Source of the DNA: Candidatus Calescibacterium sp.
GTDB lineage: Bacteria > Calescibacteriota > Calescibacteriia > Calescibacteriales > Calescibacteriaceae
Length of the DNA: 13,189 nt
Reading direction: 5' to 3'
Assembly: GCA_032249135.1 (NCBI GenBank)
Contig: JAVVGL010000037.1
Span: 1 to 13,189 of the forward strand
In this document: positions 1 through 6,504 of the stretch, piece by piece
How the letters are laid out: each line of letters opens with the position of its first letter
How positions within the stretch are numbered: the stretch's first letter is position 1
Program-made: the position numbers and the translations under genes
Notes under the pieces: model-generated
Seen by the model: only the letters and a program-made list of their open reading frames with translations
Told to the model about the DNA's origin: nothing
Databases searched by the model: none

Positions 1-111
1 GATGGAAAATTTGAGAAAATAGATTACAAAGTTGATAAAGAGAAACAAATTATATCTGGGCAAACATCTAAACCCGGAATAATAGGGATATTTATAAAGG
101 GATCAAACTGA
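1..111 (+). CDS. 3' end of an unidentified protein (partial, runs in from outside the window)
   Basis: Frame 1 is open from base 1 (DGKFEKIDYKVDKEKQIISGQTSKPGIIGIFIKGSN) to TGA at 109-111, converging on the next gene with a 6-bp gap. Too short to assign a family. Confidence 0.6.
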   Translation, partial: DGKFEKIDYKVDKEKQIISGQTSKPGIIGIFIKGSN

Positions 112-117
112 GTTATT

Positions 118-396
118 TTATTTTCTCTGGTTTTTTTGTATGTATATGAGTATTCTTATTGTTGTAAATAGAGCTATTGCAAGACCTACAAGTGTTCCTA
201 TTGCGGGACCAACTCCTTCTTGAATTTTAAATTTTTTTTCTATTATGTATCCCAAAAAAGCTCCTCCAAGAACTAATCCTAAGAACTCAAATCCTAATGC
301 TATGAAAATTGCAGTTTTTTCAAGCTTTGATTTTATTTCAAGTTTCTTTATATTTCCCCATTCTTTTTCTTTCACTTTCATAATTTTTATTTTCAC
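118..396 (-). CDS. AtpZ/AtpI-family (ATPase gene 1-like) small two-TM membrane protein
   Basis: Two hydrophobic helices with the family pattern GFEFLGLVLGGAFLGYIIEKKF...IGTLVGLAIALFTTIR. GTG at 396 overlaps the upstream TGA (GTGA coupling). Alternative starts are TTG 399 and ATG 381. Confidence 0.75.
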   Translation of the reverse strand: MKIKIMKVKEKEWGNIKKLEIKSKLEKTAIFIALGFEFLGLVLGGAFLGYIIEKKFKIQEGVGPAIGTLVGLAIALFTTIRILIYIQKNQRK

Positions 397-1154
397 CAAA
401 AATTTTCTTGTTCCTTTTCTTCATCTTCGTCATCTTCATCGTCATCAAAAATATAGTTTCCATAGAACTCGTCGTCTTCGTATTCTTCTTTTTCGTCGTA
501 ATCATCATATTCTGCGTCGTAATATTTTTCTAAAAAGTGTTTTGAGAGCATTTTTTTATAAAGCTCTAACTTTTGCCTTTGTGCAAGCTCTTCTTGGAGT
601 TCGTGAATTTTGATCTTCGTGAGAATTTCTTTTGCTTCTTTGCAATGAGGATTTATTTTTACCGCTTTTTTTATAAGTTCTTTACCCTCTTCTTTTGCTC
701 CTATATTATACAAAATTACACCTGATTCTGTGTAAATTTTTTCATCTTCTCTGATTGAAATCGCTTTCCTGATATTATATACAATCAGGTTAATAAGTTC
801 CGTTTTTGTTTTCTCTATTTCATCTTGATTGATTTCTTTGTGGCTTTTTTTATCGGTTGATTTTTGCTTTTTGCTTTGCTGAGCAAGTCTTGCTTTATCT
901 AAAAAATCTTTGTAAATTTCGTAGTAGCACCGAGCTTTCAGCATGTAAGCATCTTGAAAATTTTTGTTTTTCTCTATTATTTTATCTGCGATTTTTATTG
1001 CTTCTTGATATTTTCTTTGTTTGTAAAGTTCATAACTTTTATCATACATTTTTTCAAGCTCAACTATGTCATATTTTGAATTAGAAAAGTATATTACCGT
1101 TGCGATTGCATAGAAAATGAGAAAAAACAAAAGCTTTATTTTACTTTCACTCAT
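393..1154 (-). CDS. Membrane-anchored TPR protein with a highly acidic C-terminal tail
   Basis: N-terminal hydrophobic segment (LLFFLIFYAIATVIYF). TPR-like repeats (YQEAIKIADKIIEKNKNFQDAYMLKARCYY; GVILYNIGAKEEGKELIKKAVKINP). The last ~43 aa are D/E/Y/F-rich. Confidence 0.8.
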   Translation of the reverse strand: MSESKIKLLFFLIFYAIATVIYFSNSKYDIVELEKMYDKSYELYKQRKYQEAIKIADKIIEKNKNFQDAYMLKARCYYEIYKDFLDKARLAQQSKKQKSTDKKSHKEINQDEIEKTKTELINLIVYNIRKAISIREDEKIYTESGVILYNIGAKEEGKELIKKAVKINPHCKEAKEILTKIKIHELQEELAQRQKLELYKKMLSKHFLEKYYDAEYDDYDEKEEYEDDEFYGNYIFDDDEDDEDEEKEQENFW

Positions 1155-1235
1155 CTGAAAAAATTTAATCAGTTTTTGAGAAAATTTTCGCTTTAGTTAA
1201 TTTGCCAAATGAATTTTCTTTTTTCAGGTTGTAGA

Positions 1236-1670
1236 TTAACTATGATCAATATCAACTTTTATTCCGTATGCTCCCATTTTGAAGACTTTGTAAGATAGCA
1301 GAGCACACTTTAACCTTATTGGACTTAACTCAATTCCAAGTTCTTCAAGTAAAGTCTCTTTTGAAAAATTTCTTGCTTCATCTATTGTTTTACCTTTCAC
1401 TAAATCTGCGAGAATATCAGCAGAAACCTGTGAAATTGTGCATCCATACCCCTCAAATTTTATATCTTCTATTACTTTTTTATCTTCTGAAAGCTTGACA
1501 TATATTTTTATCACATCTCCGCACGAAGGGTTTCCTTCTTCATATATTATATCTGCATTTTCTATTTTGCCCCTATTTTTTGGGTTCTTATATCTTGAAA
1601 CTAAATACTCGTAGTATAAAGTATCGTCTTTCAGTTGATTTCCTGTGTCAAAACCTTTGCTATCTGGCAT
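1236..1670 (-). CDS. U-type Fe-S scaffold / sulfur-transfer protein (IscU/SufU/NifU-N family)
   Basis: Three conserved Cys in family context (GNPSCGD, FEGYGCTISQVSA, SPIRLKCALL) plus YKNPKNRG. No LPPVK motif and no long SufU-type insertion. Confidence 0.9.
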   Translation of the reverse strand: MPDSKGFDTGNQLKDDTLYYEYLVSRYKNPKNRGKIENADIIYEEGNPSCGDVIKIYVKLSEDKKVIEDIKFEGYGCTISQVSADILADLVKGKTIDEARNFSKETLLEELGIELSPIRLKCALLSYKVFKMGAYGIKVDIDHS

Positions 1671-1741
1671 ATCTTTAATAGTTTAATTTGCTATACTATT
1701 TTTGTTGTGAATTTCGTTAGATTTCAAATTTTATTTATTTT

Positions 1742-3991
1742 TTATTCACCAGGAATATGTTCTTCTTTTTGTCTGAGACACTCTTGAATTTTAAGGTTGG
1801 GTTTTAGTCGTAAGAATGCTTTTTCTGCATCCTTTACGAAATCTGTTGCGTATTTTATGAACTCCCTTATTTTCTCATCCGATGTTTTTTCAAAGTCTTC
1901 TGACTTTATCTCGTAGTATTTTTGTTTCAGATCTGACCAATCTGAGCAAAACCATCTTTTTGGCAATATCCTTTCAACAAAGATATTCAATATTTTTTCT
2001 TCTTCTTGTGGCTCTTCACCTTCAAGATAGTCGTACATTTTTGCACATTTTATTATTGATTCAAGTATCTTTTCCTTTATTGAATTTCTTTTTACTCCAT
2101 AGATTTTTTCTTCAATTTTGAGGTCATATATATTTCTGAAAGCATCAAAAAGATTTACGGCCATAAGGTCTATAAGGCTACCTGCACATTCTCCTCTTGC
2201 TTCCGCTTCCATTTTGAACTCTTCCGATATTCCTGGTTCTCTGAAAACATCTGGATCTGATGGTGAAACCTTTGAGTGTTTTGCAAGAATCTCTTTGAAT
2301 TTTTCTTCTCCTATTCTTTCAACGAACTCGTAGAATTTTTCTCCGTCTTTTCTTTCTTTTTTCCACAGTTCTACAACTTCTTTTACAAATAAGGGGGCGT
2401 TTTTAGCTGGAATTCTTCCTATGACTTCTCCAAATTTTGCTTTTTGTTCAAATCCGTATCCTCCTATGAGTACGATGTAGTATGGAGCAATTTTTCCATC
2501 TACTTTTGCGCTTGCTCCGTAAAATCCTATATCTCCTATGTGATGCTGGCCGCATGAGTTCGGACAGCCTGATATGTGAATTCTCAATCCTCCAAGGTCT
2601 TCTACATTTTCACTTATATATTCTGCAAGGTTGTATGGATGTGTTACGGCAAGCTTACATGAGAAAGCACCGGGACATGAGACTATTTCTCTTGCAGATT
2701 CTGGAACTTTACCGTTTACAAACCCCTTATTAGAAAGTTCGGCATATATATCATACAAGAATTTCTCTTCAACCCATGGTATAAGAATTTTTTGACCAGG
2801 TGTTATTCTCACATATCCTGCGCCATATAGTTCTGCAAGGTCTGCAATTGCTCTGAACTCATTAGGTTTGAGATTCCCGAGCGGTGGTTTTACATATACT
2901 CCGAAGTATCCATTTTGTTTTTGTTTGAATGTATATTTTTCAAGGAAAAACTTGAATTTGGGATCTGAAAAGTTAGGTTTCGTTTTTGGCTGTTTTAATC
3001 TTTTTTCATTTTGTGGTCCATCTTCTCTTCCTGTTTTTGTAGGGGCAGGTAAAGGGAAGTTTTCTACATATTGTATAAGTTCGTCTTTTATTCCTTCTCT
3101 TACTTTCTTTAATCTTTCAAACTCCTGAAAAACGAGTTCTTTGAATTTCTCAAAACCTATTCTTGCTATCAGGAATTTTAATCTTGCTTTGTTTCTGAAT
3201 TTTCTTTCCTCTGTTCCGTACTTGTGGAACACATATATTATAGATTCAATAAGTGGATAAAGTTCGTAATCTTTTACAAAATCAACGAGTAATTTCGCCT
3301 CTACTGGGACTGGTCCAAGTCCGCCACCCACATAAACTTTGAACCCCCTTTGTTCTTTCCCGTTTTTTATTATTTGTGCTACTGCTCCTATATCGTGGAT
3401 TCTTACCATAGCTTCATCTTTTTCACACTCTGAAAAAGCAATTTTGAACTTTCTTGGTAAAGTTGAGGTAAGAGGATGCCTCAAAAAGTATCTTGTGCAA
3501 TATATAGCATAAGGTAAGACATCAAAAATTTCATACGGACATATTCCTGAAAGATAAGATGAGGTAATGTTTCTTACTGTGTTTCCGCAAGCCTCACGTG
3601 TTGTTATACCAACCTTTGCTAATTTTCTAAGTAAATCCGGAACATTTTCAAGTTTTACATAGTGAAGCTGAATATCTTGTCGTGTTGTGAGATGTCCATG
3701 ACCCGATCCTGCATACTTTTCAACAACATCTGCTATAACTCTGAGTTGTTCTGAGAAAATAAAACCGGATGGTATTTTTATTCTTTGCATGTGCATTCCT
3801 TCTGGATGATGCCTTACTCCGTATGTTCCAAAGTTAAGCCTGTAGCTTTTGAACCTATCTGGATGGATCTCTTCTCTGAAGAACTTTCTTATTACCTCTT
3901 CATATTCGTCTATTTCTTTCCATACATCAAAGCCTTCTTTTTGTTTGTTTATATCTATTTGCTCCCACGGTTTTATTTTTTCTGTATCCAT
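1742..3991 (-). CDS. Siroheme/[4Fe-4S] ferredoxin-type sulfite/nitrite reductase (sulfite-type active-site signature) with a C-terminal extra domain
   Basis: Cofactor motifs SCPGAFSC (Cys codons 2677-2675 and 2659-2657) and SGCPNSCG (2566-2564 and 2554-2552), plus HLTTRQDIQLH, REACGNTVRN and LPRKFK. Start placed at ATG 3991 (MDTEKIK) rather than TTG 4075 because a sigma54 promoter lies between them. Confidence 0.9.
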   Translation of the reverse strand: MDTEKIKPWEQIDINKQKEGFDVWKEIDEYEEVIRKFFREEIHPDRFKSYRLNFGTYGVRHHPEGMHMQRIKIPSGFIFSEQLRVIADVVEKYAGSGHGHLTTRQDIQLHYVKLENVPDLLRKLAKVGITTREACGNTVRNITSSYLSGICPYEIFDVLPYAIYCTRYFLRHPLTSTLPRKFKIAFSECEKDEAMVRIHDIGAVAQIIKNGKEQRGFKVYVGGGLGPVPVEAKLLVDFVKDYELYPLIESIIYVFHKYGTEERKFRNKARLKFLIARIGFEKFKELVFQEFERLKKVREGIKDELIQYVENFPLPAPTKTGREDGPQNEKRLKQPKTKPNFSDPKFKFFLEKYTFKQKQNGYFGVYVKPPLGNLKPNEFRAIADLAELYGAGYVRITPGQKILIPWVEEKFLYDIYAELSNKGFVNGKVPESAREIVSCPGAFSCKLAVTHPYNLAEYISENVEDLGGLRIHISGCPNSCGQHHIGDIGFYGASAKVDGKIAPYYIVLIGGYGFEQKAKFGEVIGRIPAKNAPLFVKEVVELWKKERKDGEKFYEFVERIGEEKFKEILAKHSKVSPSDPDVFREPGISEEFKMEAEARGECAGSLIDLMAVNLFDAFRNIYDLKIEEKIYGVKRNSIKEKILESIIKCAKMYDYLEGEEPQEEEKILNIFVERILPKRWFCSDWSDLKQKYYEIKSEDFEKTSDEKIREFIKYATDFVKDAEKAFLRLKPNLKIQECLRQKEEHIPGE

Positions 3992-4001
3992 ACTTAAAAT
4001 A

Positions 4002-4017
4002 AGCAATTTTTGTTCCA
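4002..4017 (-). promoter_or_regulatory. sigma54 (RpoN) -24/-12 promoter for the reductase
   Basis: The minus strand reads TGGAAC-AAAAA-TTGCT versus consensus TGGCAC-N5-TTGCW (one mismatch). GG (4016-4015) and GC (4004-4003) are exactly 10 nt apart. Predicted +1 is 3991. Confidence 0.7.
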
Positions 4018-4042
4018 AGCTTTTTTCTGTGGAATCTGGGGG

Positions 4043-4212
4043 ATTTATGTTTCTTTTTGAAACGAAATGAAACAAAAATTTTTTGGCTTTGCTGCTTTTT
4101 TATTTTGCCTCTACCATAAATTTTTGCAACTAGTTTTGTCGCAAACATTTTAGGGCAGACCCGCAAAGCCATCAGGACCTAACCTTTGCGTCAGAAGATG
4201 AGAAAGATAGAT
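4043..4212. other. Nested inverted-repeat element (candidate structured RNA or activator-binding array)
   Basis: TGGCTTTGC 4084-4092 / GCAAAGCCA 4163-4171 (perfect 9 bp); TTTGCC 4104-4109 / GGCAGA 4154-4159; TTTGCAAC 4123-4130 / GTCGCAAA 4138-4145; weaker outer arms 4043-4060 / 4191-4212; competing CGCAAAG 4162-4168 / CTTTGCG 4184-4190. Confidence 0.45.
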
Positions 4213-4257
4213 GGAATTTTTGCGAAATTTTTTAGATTTTTTTAAGATTTAAAGGAG

Positions 4258-4289
4258 AAAAATTATAATTTTTAAAAAATTATAATTTT
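4258..4289. promoter_or_regulatory. Tandem palindromes AAAAATTATAATTTT(T) x2 carrying TATAAT on both strands
   Basis: Perfect 16-bp palindrome 4258-4273 and a near-identical copy 4275-4289 (17-bp period) in the divergent intergenic region. Confidence 0.5.
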
Positions 4290-4324
4290 AAGATGATTGC
4301 GGCAATGCATGAGTAGTTTATAAA

Positions 4325-4333
4325 TAAGGAGGT
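4325..4333 (+). promoter_or_regulatory. Strong Shine-Dalgarno site for the ExbD gene
   Basis: TAAGGAGGT ending 7 nt before ATG 4341. Confidence 0.85.
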
Positions 4334-4340
4334 AAATGGT

Positions 4341-4853
4341 ATGGCAATGAGAAGAAGAGCAGGGGGAGAGTTTAATCCAGAAGAAATGGGAGAAGGGGGA
4401 GGCTTAAATGTTGTTAATCTTATTGATATGTTCATTATAATAATAATATTCCTCCTTAAAAGTTATTCGGCTTCAACTGAAGCTAATATAACGGTTTCTC
4501 CAAAATTAACTCTGCCAATATCCTCAGCAGATAAGGAACTGAAAGAATATGTTAATGTTTCAGTTACAAAAGATGAAATCATAGTTGAAAAGAAAATTGT
4601 TGCGAGAATAATTGATGGTCAAATAGAAGGTGTTCCCCCTGAAAAGCTTCTCATCCCAGCTCTTTATGAGGAACTTGAAAAAAGAAAAGAAAGAATTTTA
4701 AAGATACAAGCTTATAATCCAGATGTTGAATTCAAAGGCGAAATAAATCTTATAGGGCACAAGGATATTCCGTTTTCTATTATAAAGAAAATAATGTTTA
4801 CGGCAGGACAAGCAGGATTTGGAGAGTTCAAGTTCGTGACTCAAAAAGAATAA
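4341..4853 (+). CDS. exbD: ExbD/TolR-family proton-motor subunit (AglS-like subtype)
   Basis: LNVVNLIDMFIIIIIFLLKSYS single TM with the conserved Asp29; LTLPIS linker; C-terminal GHKDIPFSIIKKIMFTAGQAGFGEFKFV periplasmic fold signature. Confidence 0.88.
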   Translation: MAMRRRAGGEFNPEEMGEGGGLNVVNLIDMFIIIIIFLLKSYSASTEANITVSPKLTLPISSADKELKEYVNVSVTKDEIIVEKKIVARIIDGQIEGVPPEKLLIPALYEELEKRKERILKIQAYNPDVEFKGEINLIGHKDIPFSIIKKIMFTAGQAGFGEFKFVTQKE

Positions 4854-4873
4854 TGCTTTTTTATAAGAAATTG

Positions 4874-4893
4874 TACAGAAAATAATTTCTGTA
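4874..4893. promoter_or_regulatory. Perfect 8-bp inverted repeat (operator or mRNA hairpin)
   Basis: TACAGAAA-ATAA-TTTCTGTA between exbD and the lipoprotein gene; no U-tract follows. Confidence 0.4.
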
Positions 4894-4934
4894 AACATAA
4901 TGATTTCATATAAAAATATCAAAATCTTAGATTA

Positions 4935-6485
4935 ATGTCGGTAAATTTTAAATTATTTCTGCTTATTCCTCCTTTATTTATCTTTATTTCTTTTTGTTCA
5001 TCATCACAGGGAGAGAGGGAAAGAGGTATAAGGTTTGCAAGTTCTGGTCAGTGGGATAAAGCCATTGAACTTTTGGAAAAATATGTTAAATCAAATATTC
5101 AGGTTATGTCAAAACTTGAAGGTATAGATAATATAGATAAATCAGAAATTTCGGATAAAGATAAAGCTCAAATAAGAGATTTCCTTGAAGCGCTTTTGTA
5201 TCTTCTTGGCTCATATCTTGGAAAAGCAGGTTTTGATGAAAGAAAAATAATTGATTATGTTATTCAAATGAAAGATGTTGATCCTAATGAGAAGGGTTCA
5301 GAAAAAGAATTATCAAAAATAGTTATTCAGATGTTTGATTTTCTCAAATTAGATTATCCACAAGCTCTATCAACAATTTATAAAGCTCAAAGATTATACG
5401 AGAGGATAATGTATGGCAAAGAAAAATTTTTAGATTCAGATGAAGGAAATTTTCAACTTGAAAATCTTGGAGAGTTTCAAACTGATCCATCAAAAGACAA
5501 AGTTTTGCATGAGATAAAAAGGCTTATAAACTCAATTGAATTTTTAGGGGGTAAAATTCTTATATGGAAAGTTGTTTTAGAATCAAAAATGCTCGGACAC
5601 CCAGATTATTATGCAAAACCTCAGCGACCACCAACATCTCCCTCTTTATGCCTTATTTTAGATGAAAACGATCCATTTTTGAAAAAATACGAAGATGTCA
5701 AATCTATGGATCAGGAGATGGTAGCGGGTTTTATGCTTTTATCTTATGGCTCATCCGAAGAGCTATTTAAACAACAAGGAGAAAATTATAAAAACATCAT
5801 TATAAATGATCTTTTAGAAAATTTTCAAGGTAAGATTACTCCAACTTGTAATAAATATTCAAAAGTCTTTTACAATAAAATTACCCAAACTATTCAGGAT
5901 CAATTAACCAGAACTTTTCAAGAGAGCTTCTCTCAATATGCCGATAAAATTCAGGGTATAGAAGTTTTGCCTAAATCTGAAAAAATTAGTATTGGTCCTA
6001 ATAAAGAAGATAGCATTTATATTTGCCCCAGAGAAAATTTTGATAAATACTTTAAAGATTTTTTCATGTGTGGGTTCAAAGAATATGTTCAAGAGATGAC
6101 AAAACAAATCATAAAAGATATTCAATTTTTTCCTCAGAACGCAACCTCTCAGATAGTTTTCAGAGAACCAGAGGGAAAATTTAAAGATTGTGAGGGAAAT
6201 GAGATTAAAGATCCAAATAAACTGTTAGATTCAAATAAGCCTTTAACTTTACAATTCTTTTTTTCTGATGAAGTCACATCATCTGAAGCTCAAATGATCT
6301 GCAATAGCGTTTCCGAAAAATTAAAGAAGCTTATTGATAATCTTAAAAAACCTCTGAGTGAATTTGAAAAAGATATTACTAATACTTTTCTAAATTTTCC
6401 AGACCCAATAACACTTCCTGAAAAATATTTGAAAGAAATTTTAGAGGGGAGAGAAGACCCGAAGGTTTGGAAAGATACAAAGTGA
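4935..6485 (+). CDS. Putative lipoprotein with an N-terminal TPR-like region, function unknown
   Basis: Basic N-terminus, hydrophobic core and FISF-C21 followed by a Ser-rich linker (non-canonical lipobox). TPR-like GIRFASSGQWDKAIELLEKY. Six further Cys in the mature part. Confidence 0.7.
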   Translation: MSVNFKLFLLIPPLFIFISFCSSSQGERERGIRFASSGQWDKAIELLEKYVKSNIQVMSKLEGIDNIDKSEISDKDKAQIRDFLEALLYLLGSYLGKAGFDERKIIDYVIQMKDVDPNEKGSEKELSKIVIQMFDFLKLDYPQALSTIYKAQRLYERIMYGKEKFLDSDEGNFQLENLGEFQTDPSKDKVLHEIKRLINSIEFLGGKILIWKVVLESKMLGHPDYYAKPQRPPTSPSLCLILDENDPFLKKYEDVKSMDQEMVAGFMLLSYGSSEELFKQQGENYKNIIINDLLENFQGKITPTCNKYSKVFYNKITQTIQDQLTRTFQESFSQYADKIQGIEVLPKSEKISIGPNKEDSIYICPRENFDKYFKDFFMCGFKEYVQEMTKQIIKDIQFFPQNATSQIVFREPEGKFKDCEGNEIKDPNKLLDSNKPLTLQFFFSDEVTSSEAQMICNSVSEKLKKLIDNLKKPLSEFEKDITNTFLNFPDPITLPEKYLKEILEGREDPKVWKDTK

Positions 6486-6504
6486 ATTTTGGAGGTTTTT
6501 GAAT

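Noticed and set aside
420-520. TCATC/TCGTC short repeats as a DNA repeat array or CRISPR
   Set aside because: These are simply the Asp/Glu codons of the acidic tail; there is no repeat-spacer structure.
3992-4075. 28-aa N-terminal extension of the reductase from TTG 4075
   Set aside because: No SD, no family-like sequence, and it would bury the sigma54 promoter inside the CDS.
3927-4172. 81-aa basic ORF (MALRVCPK...) as a leader peptide or small protein
   Set aside because: No SD, only one Cys codon, Lys-richness explained by A-tracts, and it runs across the promoter and 65 nt into the reductase in another frame.
4152-4200. c-di-GMP-I (GEMM) riboswitch resemblance (GGGCAGAC...CGCAAAGCC...CCTAA)
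   Set aside because: The GNRA-capped stem between GGCAAA and CGCAAA is missing and there is no matching 3' strand. An Rfam scan would settle it.
4160-4212. SAM-I riboswitch (GAAGATGAG end) or SRP RNA (GGTTAGGTCC) resemblance
   Set aside because: No ATCxAGAG/GCAACC/GTGC core for SAM-I, and it is on the wrong strand for the reductase. No GGAA loop plus AGCAG in register for SRP.
4212-4223. Second sigma54-like site TGGAATTTTTGC on +
   Set aside because: GG to GC spacing is 7 nt, not the required 10.
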